A stretch of 50,120 nt of DNA, from the NCBI RefSeq assembly GCF_004010195.1, contig NC_057749.1, positions 15,258,436 through 15,308,555 on the forward strand. Reading direction: 5' to 3'. Shown here piece by piece: positions 1 to 11,868 of this stretch (within the stretch, counting starts at the first letter, position 1; each line of letters opens with the position of its first letter). Source of the stretch: Chiloscyllium plagiosum (taxonomy: Eukaryota). The notes beneath the pieces were generated by a model. The model was not told the origin of the DNA. It searched no databases and saw only the letters and a program-made list of their open reading frames with translations. Both the position numbers and the translations under genes were made by a program.

Positions 1-650
1 TAGACAGTGTGTTGAAAAAGGCATTTGGTATACTTACGTTTATTGGTCAGTGCATTGAATATGGGAAATCAAGTTGTGGCTGTACAGGACATTGGTTGGG
101 CCACTTTTGGAATATTGCATGCAGTTCTGATCTCCTTCCTATCGGAGTGATGTTGTGAAACTTGAAAGGGTGCAGAAAAAATTTACAAGGATGTTGACAG
201 GGTTGGAGGATTTGAGCTACAGGGGGAGGCTGAATAGGCTGGGGCTATTGGAGGCTGAGGGGTGACCTTTTTCGAGGTTTGTAAAATCACAAGGGGCATG
301 GATAGGATAAATAGAGAAGGTCTTTTCCCTGGAGTGGGGGAGACCAGAACTAGAGGGCATACGTTTAGGGTGAGATGGGAAAAACTTAAAAGGGCCCTAA
401 GGTGCAACGTTTTCACTCAGAGGGTGGTGCGTGTATGGAATGAGCTGCCAGAGGAAGTGGTGGAGGCTGGTACAATTATAACATTTAAAAGGCATCTAGA
501 TGGATCCATGAATTTAAAGGTTTTACAGGCCCAAATGCTTGCAAATGGGACTTGATTAATTATAGATTAATTATATATATTAGTATCTGGTCAGCATGGA
601 TGAGTTGGACTAAATGGTCTGTTTCCATGCTGTACAATCCTATGACTCTA
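1..650 (+). mobile_element. CR1/HER1-like LINE, 3' fragment (decayed ORF2 C-terminus and 3' UTR)
   Basis: Translation 262-555 (TRGHTFRVRWEKLKRALRCNVFTQRVVRVWNELPEEVVEAGTI) is typical of the CR1 ORF2 C-terminus; ends in the ctatgactcta tail. Confidence 0.9.
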
Positions 651-789
651 TCTTTGAAGTGACATGTCAACCCATGATATTCTAAGAGCCAGGAGTGACA
701 CCAACTGAATGATGGCAAATAGGCACCATTTACGCCAGGCAGATTCGAGGCTCTGTCAAGGGGCTCAGCCAATCTCAATTGAAGCAGTT

Positions 790-1030
790 GTGTGACATGG
801 TGTGAGCTCAAGGGAGCTTAGTTCAAATATTGCTGGGTTGAGAGAAAGGAAATGGTAGACTGCTGACTTAGATTATCATCCAATGAACCGAGTATCAGGA
901 AGTACGCGATTGCAGACCCAAAGGAGCATGAGCGTAGCTCATCCTCAGAGCTCTTCACTCGGGGAACCATCACTGGCTATCATTCACCCAAAGAATAGTC
1001 ACTGAGATGAGGCATAGGTGGGTCACAGAT
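790..1030 (+). mobile_element. Ancient LF-SINE-like remnant
   Basis: Degenerate similarity to the copy at 33680-33970 (…atcatccaatgaacc…ggaagt…aagaatagtcactgagatgagg). Confidence 0.35.
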
Positions 1031-1156
1031 GGTCAAATCCCGAAGCCAGCTCCTTTAGCCTTGGAAAATTGGAAGGCTGGTTAAGAAAAAGAACAATGAT
1101 GGGTGGGGATCTCACTGGTCCCACATTGTGTGTGTCATGGGGTCATCATTCTCATA

Positions 1157-1369
1157 GGAGAAACTGAGGTCTGCAGATGCTGGAGATCAGAGATGGAAAT
1201 GTGTTGCTGGAAAAGCGCAGCAGGTCAGGCAGCATCTAGGGAACAGGAGAATCGACGTTTCGGGCATCAGCCCTTCTTCAGGAAGAAGGGCTAATGCCCG
1301 AAACATCGATTCTCCTGTTCCCTAGATGCTGCCTGACCTGCTGCGCTTTTCCAGCAACACATTTCCATC
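1157..1369. mobile_element. Penelope-like terminal fold-back insertion with hammerhead motif
   Basis: 90-bp inverted arms 1190-1279 and 1282-1371, a 33-nt unpaired tail 1157-1189, and a 14-bp TSD tcatcattctcata (1143-1156 and 1370-1383). Confidence 0.8.
1250..1284 (-). ncRNA. Minimal type I hammerhead ribozyme motif
   Basis: Minus strand reads UUC-CUGAAGA-A-GGGC-UGAU-GCCC-GAAA-CG-UC-GAUU. Confidence 0.65.
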
Positions 1370-1661
1370 TCATCATTCTCATAACCAAGCCTGCATCCAG
1401 AGTAATCCTTCTCAGTGATCTTTAGGTCTCACATACCTTCAGCTAATCCTTTTCCTTTCACATCACCTCCATGTCAGAAACCATCATGCCTACAATGGGT
1501 GCACCTCACCCCAGAAAGGATGAGGGAGGTGGTGAGAAGAGGAAGGATGGGTGGCTCCAGAGAGACGCTGGTCTCCATCTCATAACCTTACCAGTTGTAG
1601 TGCTGGGTTAGAGTGGTGCTAAAAAAGCACAGCAGTTCAGACAGCATCCGAGGAGCAGGAA

Positions 1662-1697
1662 AATCGACGTTTCGGGCAAAAGCCCTTCATCAGGAAT
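1662..1697 (-). ncRNA. Minimal hammerhead ribozyme motif
   Basis: Minus strand reads AUUC-CUGAUGA-A-GGGC-UUUU-GCCC-GAAA-CG-UC-GAUU. Confidence 0.7.
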
Positions 1698-1860
1698 ACA
1701 GGCAGAGAGCCTGAAGGGTGGAGAGATAAGAGAGAGGATGGTGGGGGTGGGGAGAAAGTAACATAGAGTACAATAGGTGAGTGGGGGAGGGGATGGAAGT
1801 GATATGCCAGGGATGAGGGTGGAGTGGATAGGTGGAAAAGAAGATAGGCAGGTAGGACAA

Positions 1861-2765
1861 NNNNNNNNNNNNNNNNNNNNNNNNNNNNNNNNNNNNNNNN
1901 NNNNNNNNNNNNNNNNNNNNNNNNNNNNNNNNNNNNNNNNNNNNNNNNNNNNNNNNNNNNNNNNNNNNNNNNNNNNNNNNNNNNNNNNNNNNNNNNNNNN
2001 NNNNNNNNNNNNNNNNNNNNNNNNNNNNNNNNNNNNNNNNNNNNNNNNNNNNNNNNNNNNNNNNNNNNNNNNNNNNNNNNNNNNNNNNNNNNNNNNNNNN
2101 NNNNNNNNNNNNNNNNNNNNNNNNNNNNNNNNNNNNNNNNNNNNNNNNNNNNNNNNNNNNNNNNNNNNNNNNNNNNNNNNNNNNNNNNNNNNNNNNNNNN
2201 NNNNNNNNNNNNNNNNNNNNNNNNNNNNNNNNNNNNNNNNNNNNNNNNNNNNNNNNNNNNNNNNNNNNNNNNNNNNNNNNNNNNNNNNNNNNNNNNNNNN
2301 NNNNNNNNNNNNNNNNNNNNNNNNNNNNNNNNNNNNNNNNNNNNNNNNNNNNNNNNNNNNNNNNNNNNNNNNNNNNNNNNNNNNNNNNNNNNNNNNNNNN
2401 NNNNNNNNNNNNNNNNNNNNNNNNNNNNNNNNNNNNNNNNNNNNNNNNNNNNNNNNNNNNNNNNNNNNNNNNNNNNNNNNNNNNNNNNNNNNNNNNNNNN
2501 NNNNNNNNNNNNNNNNNNNNNNNNNNNNNNNNNNNNNNNNNNNNNNNNNNNNNNNNNNNNNNNNNNNNNNNNNNNNNNNNNNNNNNNNNNNNNNNNNNNN
2601 NNNNNNNNNNNNNNNNNNNNNNNNNNNNNNNNNNNNNNNNNNNNNNNNNNNNNNNNNNNNNNNNNNNNNNNNNNNNNNNNNNNNNNNNNNNNNNNNNNNN
2701 NNNNNNNNNNNNNNNNNNNNNNNNNNNNNNNNNNNNNNNNNNNNNNNNNNNNNNNNNNNNNNNNN
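1861..2765. other. Assembly gap (N run)
   Basis: 905 N. Confidence 1.
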
Positions 2766-2839
2766 TGTACTCTATGCTACTTTCTCCCCACCCCACCCTC
2801 CTCTCACTTATCTCTCCACCCTTCAGGATCTCTGCCTGT

Positions 2840-2875
2840 ATTCCTGATGAATGGCTTTTGCCTGAAACGTCGATT
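2840..2875 (+). ncRNA. Minimal hammerhead ribozyme motif with a slightly decayed stem II
   Basis: attc-ctgatga-atggc-tttt-gcct-gaaa-cg-tc-gatt. Confidence 0.6.
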
Positions 2876-3009
2876 TTCCTGCTCCTCGGATGCTGCCTGA
2901 AATGCTGTGCTCGTCCAGCACCACTCTAATCTAGACTCTGGTTTCCAGCATCTGCAGTCATTGTTTTTACCTAGTTGTAGTGCTGGGAAAGAAGATCCTT
3001 TTCCAAACT

Positions 3010-3270
3010 GACGGCAATTAAGGCCCTCAAATGGTCAAGTAATAGCCAATTAAGGGCCTCAGCCTACTACCGATCTGATTACCTATCTTCCCAATCAGCA
3101 AGAAAAATGGCTGGCTTCCCACTTGACACCATGGGTGGACGTCCACGATGACCTAACTACCTAATTGGTAACTGGAGGCATGGAGAAGAGACTGGTGCAA
3201 TGCCTCTGAAAACCACCAGCCCCCACCCTTGCCTTTTACACCACCTCCCTCTCCACATGACACCCACCCT
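3010..3270. mobile_element. Old non-autonomous DNA-transposon-like repeat with an internal palindrome
   Basis: aggccctcaaatggtcaagtaatagccaattaagggcct is an imperfect palindrome; a related copy lies at about 48050-48090. Confidence 0.35.
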
Positions 3271-4029
3271 GCAAAAAAACAAAAGAGGAAGATCTACCTT
3301 CTTGCTCTTAGAGTAGCCAACGACTGGCAGTCTTTTGGACTCAGCCTCCGATTGGCCACCGATGAGTCAGGATTCCGCAGTTGAGGTGTGTGATTTGTCA
3401 AGAAGCTCACTGGTCAGCTTTTTAACAAGCTGATTGGTGTGTGATCAGACATGCTGCAGGGCAGCAAGTTAGATGACAACTAATATATCTGTCCCCATAC
3501 TTAACCAGAGGAGGGAACAGTCTCAGCTAATATCCTGGCAGTTTATATCTTTGATATATAAATATTCACTGAGTACCATCCTGTACAAGTGCCAGGAAAG
3601 ATCAGTCTAATCAAATTCCAAAATAGAAATGTTAACTGTTGAACTAGACATTTCTTATTTGCACACAAATTAGTCATTGATTATAGACAAAAAAAACCTG
3701 TCCTATTGTTTTGCATCAAACAAGGAGACCTGTTCTGGGGATGGGAGTGGGCTTGATGGAGTGAGGGTGGCACATGTTTAAGGTTCCTTATACATCAAAT
3801 AAATTGGCTGTAAATCATTCTCCGAGTTTGTTATACGACAGTGAAGGGGCTTTGGAAATTCTCAGACAGCAGAGGTTTCACTTTCCCATTTGAGAGTGTG
3901 GGTACACACCAGCCTGAACTGATCTTAGAATAGGATAAAAGGCCAGCACAACATGAGGCCTGTACTGTGCTCTACTGTTCTATGCCTATGTTCCAACATT
4001 GTAGGAGAGCAAGAAGTGACTTGCTATGT

Positions 4030-4520
4030 CTGAGTGCAAACGTACCCCTGGAATTTCTGTGTTTGATATGTGTCATGACATTGCCCATGTACCCATGCTG
4101 TTTCCCTTGACGGTCGGAAAAGGGGAAGATGAGTTGATGTTTCCATGTATATCCTGCTCTTGTCCTTCTTAGTGGAAGTGGTCATGGGTCTGGAAGATAA
4201 TGTCAAATTGGTGAATTTCTGCAGCGCATCTTGTAAACAGTACATACTGCTGCTACAGAGCGTCAGCGGTGGAGAAAGTGGATATTGAAGGTGGTAAATG
4301 TGGTGCCAATCAAATGGGACGCGTTATCTTGGATGGTGTCAAACTTGTTGAGTGTCAGAGCTGCACTGGTCCAGGCAAGCGGGGAGTATTCCATTACACT
4401 CCTGACTTGTGTCTTGTAGACGATGGAAAGGTTTTGGGGAGTCAGGAGATGAGTTACTTCCCATAGAATTCCCATCCTCTGACCTGGCTTGCAGCCACAG
4501 TGTCTATATCGCTGATCCAA
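4030..4520 (-). mobile_element. Old CR1/L2-clade LINE reverse-transcriptase C-terminal fragment
   Basis: Translation LSIVYKTQVRSVMEYSPLAWTSAALTLNKFDTIQDNASHLIG is a typical post-RT motif. Confidence 0.8.
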
Positions 4521-4989
4521 ACTGTAAAGTAAGACCAAGTGAGTAAGGTACCAAAAGAACAATTGAGGTGCATTTCCCAGGAGGGATCGATGCTTTCAGG
4601 TAAGGAGGGCACACAACTGAAAACCAACCTCTAACATAAAAGACTACATTTTGACTCATAGTGTCAATGACCTAACTAAGAGATGAAAAAGAAATTATCT
4701 GATTTTGAGGCCCTCTTCGGAAAGTGACTGGCAGGCCAGCATCCCAATGTTTCGCTTGAAAATTGAGGATACCAATATCAACAGGAGGAAACATCGGGGG
4801 GTAGGAAACATTGGAGGATTACGATCCAGAGAAGGGGTCCCAGGGTCACCATGGATCAGATTGCTTTGGTAAGTTCACAACGCTTCAAAGCTTATATTTT
4901 ACAGTTCACTTTGTCCACCTGTGGAACTGCATACAGTGTGTATGCATAACTCTGACCAGTTTCTACCCAACAGCAACAGGGATCTGTTT

Positions 4990-6000
4990 GCAGCTTGTAT
5001 TTCCATATTAAGAGGGTCCAATAACCTGCTATAAAGGGTCATGAGGAAGATGGAATACCCTCCAATACAGTCACCGATGTGGAGTGTGGCACACTCCTGC
5101 TGTGAGAGTTGGACCCTAAACAAAGAGGCCGAGAGGAAGTTTAAAAATGTGGGTGGGGCAGAGAATGCACAGAATCAGCTGGATGGACAGAAAGACAAAT
5201 GAGTGGAATGGAGAAAGGACAGAAATTCAGCAATCAAGAATCAAGAGGTCCTTTGAAAGAGAAAGATAGCTAACGAAGGACATTAGGAAAGAAGAGCCCA
5301 ACACACACAAACGAAGCTGCATCAGGACACTATTCAAAAGGGCCACAACACACTGCAGTACACCAGGACTGCAAAAAGAAGAAGAGGAACACCTATACAA
5401 GGTATTCGCCAAAAACGGATACCCGCGCAACTTCATCAACAGATGCCTAAGAGAAAGACCACAGAACGAGGACATACCACAACCAAAAGGACTAGCCAAA
5501 CTACCATACATCAGGAGCATCTCCTTGAATGCATGCCCCCTAGTTTTAGGCATTTAATTCGACTGGGACAACACTACTATCATAGGGCAAGCCAGACAGA
5601 GAACAGCCAGGGAATTCCTAGAGGCATGGCATTCATCCACAAACTCCATCAACAAACACATCGACCTGGACCCAATATACCAACCACTACAGCGGACAGC
5701 TGAAACTGACAACCGGAAGCGGCAGGGACAGACCACTATAAACACCGGAGGAAACATCAAAGAAGCGCTTCGCAGGAGGCTCCTAAGCACTAATGATGTC
5801 GCCTAGCCAGGGGACGAAATGTTTGCAACAAAATCTTCCAGCTCGGCAAACAGAACCACAACAAACAAGAGCTGACCTGCCAACATGGAGAAGGAGAAAT
5901 CAAGACGAAAACAGAAAAGGAAGAAGACAATCCAGATGGGTGGACCATGCTGCGACATGGACCCCCAAAGAAAGATGGGTCACAGAAGAACCAAACAATG
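4990..6000 (+). mobile_element. Decayed RTE-clade LINE 3' fragment interrupted by a Penelope element
   Basis: CESWTLNKEAERK and RMHRISWMDRKTNE motifs (about 5095-5205); RKGRRQSRWVD after 5900. Confidence 0.65.
5297..5865 (+). mobile_element. Penelope-like element (RT thumb/GIY-YIG C-terminus and 3' pLTR), 5'-truncated and internally deleted
   Basis: PNTHKRSCIRTLFKRATTHCS…VFAKNGYPRNFINRCL and FDWDNTTIIGQARQRTAREFLEAWHS…NKHIDLDPIY; decayed hammerhead at about 5788-5826. Confidence 0.85.
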
Positions 6001-6532
6001 ACACTTGAGTGACAATGAACAAGCACCACAGGAAAGTGATTTGGACACAGGATGGTCATCATTATCTGAATAGGAATAGTCAATGTCAGTGTGTTAGAAC
6101 AGCCATCCAATTTTGAAACCATTGCCAACCAAATATATCAGGTGTAGGTACTCAAAATCAAACCTAAATATTGTTTATTCTATGATCTGCTGAAGTATAG
6201 ATTTCAGATTTGCTTTAATGATATCCAAAATAAATGGAGTTGTGGTTGAGTTGTTTTATGTGATTTTCTTTTTCCATTTCTTCAGTTTACTGGAGCACTT
6301 TTGAAGGAAAATCTGTTTGATCTGGTACAATCAGTAAGTTAAAGCACAACAGTACTGTTCGTTCTGTTACAAAGTGTACAACAATAGACAGCAGAAACAT
6401 TGAGATCTGCAGCAGAAAACAGCATGGAGAAAGTTATTTGACATCCATGAGAGTTAAAATTTCCACTACACTTGACTGACCAAATTAGATGGGACCATTT
6501 TATATTGGGTACCACTGGAGTGAGAGGAACTA

Positions 6533-7185
6533 CAGAGTCATAGAGACATACAGCACAGAAACAGACCCTCCACTCCAACTCATCCATGCCAACCAGATAT
6601 CCTAAATAAATCTAGTGCCATGTGCCAGCATTTGGCCCATATCCCTCTAAACCTTTCCTATTCTTATATCCATCCAGAAGCCTGTGAAATGTTCTAATTG
6701 TACCAACCTCCACCACTTCCTCTGGCAGCTTATTCTACATATGTACCATCCTTTGCATGGAAAAGTTGCTCCTTAGGTCCTTTTAAAATCTTTTCCTCTC
6801 TCACCATAAACCTATGCCCTGTAGATTAGATTAGATCCCTACAGTGTGCAAACAGGCCATTCGGCCCAACAAGTCCACACCAACCCTCCCAAAAGGGTCT
6901 CCCAAGAGAGTTTTGGGCTCCTCCACCCTGGGGAAAAGACGTTCTGCATTTACTCTATCAACCCCCTCATGGTTTTATAAAGATGACCTCTATAAGGTCA
7001 CCTTTCAGCCTCCAACGCTCCAAGGAAAATAGACCCGATCTATTCATTCTCTCCCTATAGCTCAAACCCTCCAACCCCGGCAACATCCTTATACATCTTT
7101 CCTGAACCCTTTTAAGTTTCACAACATCTTTCCTCTAGCAGGGAGATCAGAACTGCACGCAGTATTCCCATAGTGACCTAACCGG
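6533..7185 (-). mobile_element. CR1/HER1 LINE 3' fragment with an HE1 SINE tail inserted at about 6824-6895
   Basis: Reverse complement of the CR1 3' region; the tagattagattagatccctacagtgtg insert is a SINE tail. Confidence 0.85.
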
Positions 7186-7544
7186 GCAGCAGAATCAACA
7201 CTTCATCACAGTAATTCCCACTTCTCAATTTATAGACTTTTGTCTATTAGAGGATAATGATTGTATCCTGCTCAAGTGTGATACAATTGATCCATTATTC
7301 TACACAGCATCTGTTAAATAAATATTTCTTTAAAACAACACAAGTGGAATCAGTAAGAAAGACAAAGTGCACCAGCAATAAACCACAAAATGATTGTTTA
7401 CCTTCCACTTGAACTGTCTCGTAGTGTTTACTGTTGAAAATATTTTTATCTAGAGGTCAAACACCATTATTTCATTGATAAAAGACTGCTCTGTGACGAG
7501 TTTGATTACTTCAGGCTAAGAACCATTCAGCCACAATGCTTTGA

Positions 7545-7940
7545 CTCTGTTGGTTCAGGTTGCTTCCAAGTCAAAATGTCATGAGTTTGAGGCCTGGTCT
7601 GAAACCAACACTCCTATTCTCAGCTAACAGGCATCTAGTGCTACACTTGAGGAACTGTTCTGTTGTTTGACATGCTGCCCTTTGTGAAAAAAATGTTAAT
7701 TATAGTTTCAATTTGCTGCCTGAGGTTGCTATTAGAAGATACCATGGAACTGTCTGAAGACCAGGAAGGAGATGTTCCCTAACCAGTATTCTTCCCCATG
7801 CAGAATTATGGTTAAATGGTCTTAAAATAAATGTCATTTGTAGACTCTTAACATGCATAAAATGAATAGTATGTTGGGCAATCTAACAGCATTCACTGTA
7901 TTTGAATGTAAAAGACTCTGTGAAATGCTATGACACATAC
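7545..7940 (+). mobile_element. Old Deu-domain (SacSINE1-like) SINE
   Basis: Degenerate similarity to 35085-35490 (ctagtgc…gagg…gataccatggaactgtctgaaga). Confidence 0.5.
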
Positions 7941-8570
7941 TGAAAACCATGTGGGGTGAACTGGTCACATCAAACACCATGAGATTTGATAATTATTCCC
8001 CATGTATGGTTCTATAACTCTGCCTTACCAGAATGTCTTTTTACATGCTTTTCCTGCAATCCAGTTTACTTCTGGAAAGATGATATTTATCATCATTGTA
8101 ACAATAGTAACTTTTACATACTGCCATGTTATTCCAGTATCTAAGGTCAAGGCAGGTCTTTTTCATATAATCTTGTAGACAACTTGCTCCCATGCTAGGA
8201 TAATTTGTTTCCTTATTTTGCACCATGTGTTAAAAAGATTATAAGAGGTCCTTATTGGGCCAGTGGGTAAGTACATCACTCCTTTGTAAGACCACCTTGA
8301 TGCCTCTCTGACAGGAAATCATTAATGGGTCAAAACACCCTCAGCTCAGCACAGAGGACGCAGAAAACAATGTTTTGGCCCCAATCTCTTTTCTTCTAAT
8401 TACTCCCCTGTTGGACACTTATTGGGCTGAACCAGTCTTGGCATTCTATTTAACAGAGTTAGGCTTCAAATCCCACATCCATTGCTAGGATTGCTTGCTT
8501 CTAGCCCTATCTCAGACTTCTGCCAAGCAAGTGAGTATCCATGTTTTTGTTACATACAAATCCAATTCAA

Positions 8571-10005
8571 GTCATAGAGATGTATAGCATAGAAACAGAT
8601 TCTTTGCTCTAACTCATCCATGCCAACCTGATATCCTAAATTAATCCAGTACCATTTGGCCCATATCCCTCTAAACCCTTACTATTCATATACCCATCCT
8701 GGTACCTTCTAAATGTTGTCATCACACCAGCCTCCACCACTTCGTCTGGCAGCTCATTTCATACACACACCACTCTCTGTGTGAAACATTCCTCCATTAG
8801 GTTCCTTTCAAATCTTTCCCCTATCATCTTAAACTTATGCCCTCTAGTTTTGGATCCCCTAACCCAAGGAAAAGACCATGTCTATTCATCCTATCCATGC
8901 CCTTCATGATTTTATAAACTTCTATAAGGTCACCATCCCTCAGCTTCTAATGCTCCAGGGGAAACAGCACCAGCCAATCAGCCTTTCCCTATGGCTTAAA
9001 CACTCCAACCTTGGCAACATCCTTTCATTTTTGAACACTTGCAAGTTTCACAACACCCTACCTATAGCAGGGAGACCAGAATTGCACACAGTACTCTAAA
9101 AGTTGCCTAACCAATATCAGGTACAGCCGCAACATGATCTCCCAACTCCTATACTCAATGCACTGACCAATAAAAGCAAACATACCAAACGCCTTCTTCA
9201 CTATCCTATCGACCTGCAACTCCCTTTTTAAGGAACTATAAACCTGCACTCCAAGCTCTCTTTGTCCAGCAACACTCCCCAGGATTTTACCATTAAGTCT
9301 ATAAGTCCTGCTCTGATTTGCCTTTCCAAACTGCAGCACCTCACATTTAACTAAATTAAACTCCATCTGCCAAACCCCGGCCCATTGGCCTATCTGATTA
9401 AGATCCCATTGTACACTGAGGTAACCTTCTTCACTGTCCTCTACACCTCCAATTTTAGTGTCATCTACAAACTTACTAACCATATATCCTATGTTCCATC
9501 CAAATCATTTATATAAATGACGAAAAGCAGTAGACCCAGTACTGATCCTCCTGGCACCACCACTGGGTACAGGCCTCCAGTCTGAAAGGCAACCCTCCAC
9601 CACCACCCTCTGTCTTCTACCTTCAAACCAAATTTGCTAGTTCTCCTTGTATTCTAAGTGGTCTAATCTTGCTAACCTGTCTACCATGAGGAATCTTGTC
9701 AAATGCCTTACTGAAATCCATATAGATCATGTCCACCACTCTGCCTTCATCAAGCCTCTTCGTTACTTCTTCAAAAAACTCATTCAAATTCATAAGACAC
9801 AATTTCCCATGCACAGGTTGACTACCCCTAATCAGTTCTTGCTTTTCCAAATATAGGTAAATCCTGTCCCTCAGAATTCCCTCCAACAATTTGCCCAGCA
9901 CTGATATCAAGCTCACCAGTCAATATTTTCCTGGCTTTTCCTTATCACCTTTCTTAAATAGTGACATCATATTAGCCAAGCTCCAGCCTTCCGGCACCTC
10001 ACCTG
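8571..10005 (-). mobile_element. CR1/HER1 LINE, 5'-truncated, frameshifted RT
   Basis: ORF fragments containing YMDFSKAFDKIPH, SKFVDDTKIGG and LEYCVQFWSP. Confidence 0.92.
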
Positions 10006-10015
10006 CCGATCTTTG

Positions 10016-10105
10016 ACCGTCTTTCAGAAATTCCAACTGAAACGTCGACTCTCCTGCTCCTTGGATGCTGCCTATGCTTTTCCAACACCACACTTTTTGA
10101 CTCTT
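10016..10105 (+). mobile_element. Penelope-like pLTR fragment truncated within the hammerhead
   Basis: ctgaaacgtcgactctcctgctccttggatgctgcc…tttccaacaccacac. Confidence 0.65.
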
Positions 10106-10164
10106 CCAAAATGCTATCTAACTATCCCATCCTTCCATAGTTCTGTCTCATTCACCCACCATAA

Positions 10165-11020
10165 GGTTATAAGACATAGAAGTAGAGTAAGCCATTCAGC
10201 CCATCAAGTCTGCTTCGACATTCAGTAAGATCATGGTTGATCCGATCATCCTTATTTCCACTTTCCTTTCTCTCTCCCCATAACCCTCGTTTCCCCTACT
10301 ACAGTAATTAGAAATCTGTCCACCTTTGCTTTGAATGTAATTATTAACCCAATTCTATAGCCCTCTGCAGTAAAGAATTCCACAGACTCTCTACCCTCTG
10401 AGAAAGGAAATTCCTCCTTATCTCTGAGATGATGCCCTCTGGTCCTAGACTCTCCCACAGGGAGAAACAGCTTTCTGCATCTACTCTGTCAAGTCCCCTA
10501 AGAATCATGTATGTTTTAATAAAACTCTCATTCTTCTGTATTCCAATCTACTCAACTTCTCCTCATAAGACAATCCCTCTACACCCAGGATCTAGATCTT
10601 AGAAGACTAAACATGATAGGTATGGGAAGATATAATTCTGGGTAGTCCAGAACTACGGAACTAAATTTAGAGATACAGAGTAGACCATTTAGGAATAAGA
10701 AGATGAGAAATTTCTTCATCCGGAGAGTGGTGGGCCTGTGGAATTTTCTACCACAGGAAGTGATTGAGACAAAAACATTGAATGTTTTCAAGAAGGAGTT
10801 AGATATAGTTCTTGGGGCAAAAGGCATCAAAGAATGTGAGGAGAAAGCAGGAAGAGGGGACTGATTTGGATGATTGGCCATGATCATACTGAATGGTGGA
10901 GCAGATCCAAAGGGCTGAATGGCCTACACCTGCTCCTATTTTCTGTGTGGAGAGAACCTTTCTCTGGGCTGCCTCTAATGCCGATATATTTTCCCTTAGA
11001 GAAGGGACCCTAAACAATTC
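10165..11020. mobile_element. Nested older CR1 fragments (minus 10165-10590 and 10950-11020; plus 10590-10945)
   Basis: GESRTRGHHL (minus); gagaaatttcttcatccggagagtggtgggcctgtggaat (plus). Confidence 0.75.
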
Positions 11021-11046
11021 ACCACCTACGAATCTGCACTGGTTTC

Positions 11047-11282
11047 TGAAATAACTCCCCAGAGGCTGGTATCCTGTCACTAAGTCCCCCTTTATTTACA
11101 TATGGAGAGTCCTTGACACTGATCCAGCTCCCTCAGAGCCAGCTCTCAGAGTGAGCAGAACCTCTGACACGCCTGTTTATATCTGTCAGCTAGGGCTCCC
11201 TGATTGTACAAGATTAACAGCCCCTGTCAGGGAACTCATATTCTAAAAGATCCATCCGGCTGACCTTGTTACAACTACTACA
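11047..11282 (-). mobile_element. Solo LTR, 236 bp
   Basis: TG…CA ends, 5-bp TSD gtttc (11042-11046 and 11283-11287), minus-strand TATA-like tataaa and AATAAA. Confidence 0.85.
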
Positions 11283-11289
11283 GTTTCTA

Positions 11290-11600
11290 ATCCCCAAACT
11301 TATCAACTTTAAAATTCTTGCCATCATCTTCAATTCCTCCCAGAGTCTCATCACATTCTATTTTGGCAAGCACCTACTGTCTCATATCCTTCCTGCCCCT
11401 CTTGGTCCATCAACGCTGACCTCTCTATTTAAAGTTAAAAATCACACACCAGGTTGAGTTTCCTTCAAGTTCTCCACTATCAGTAGTAGAGATTTAACCA
11501 CCTTGGTCCCACTCTCTGGAACTCCCTGTCTAATCTTATTTTATCGTCAATTTATCCTCATCTCAAAACGCATCTTTTTAACTAATCTTTCGGCCTTCTT
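11290..11600 (+). mobile_element. Old L2-like LINE 3' remnant
   Basis: tttaaaattcttgccatcatcttcaattcctcc…ctctggaactccct, resembling L2 FKIL…LWNSL. Confidence 0.5.
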
Positions 11601-11644
11601 GATCTTTTGCCATGGCTTGGTATCATTTCCTTTAGCTACCTATA

Positions 11645-11868
11645 ATTAAAGTTGCCATGGTCCTCCTGAGCCAGAGGGCTGTTCCCTCATTAGAAAGAGA
11701 GATGACTAGCAGTGGTTTAACCAAAGGGTCATCACACCTCAGGTGATGGAGAGGTTCAGAAGCAGACTCCTTCATGGTAACCTCAGCTGTTACAGGCATT
11801 AAACCTCATTATTGGCATCAGTCTGCATTGCAAGACCAGTCATCCAGCCAACTGCATTAACTGACTAC
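11645..11868 (-). mobile_element. tRNA-derived SINE (old family)
   Basis: Minus-strand head gtcagttaatgcagttggctggatgactgg; a related head occurs at 12850-12912 (+). Confidence 0.5.

Larger units (their letters stand above)
1608..2972. mobile_element. Penelope-like element with inverted termini spanning the assembly gap
   Basis: 1608-1775 is inverted relative to 2766-2930; 15-bp TSD agttgtagtgctggg at 1593-1607 and 2973-2987; hammerhead motifs at about 1662-1697 (-) and 2840-2875 (+). Confidence 0.8.

Noticed and set aside
1690..2847. 356-aa and 368-aa ORFs
   Set aside because: Artefacts of translating through the N gap
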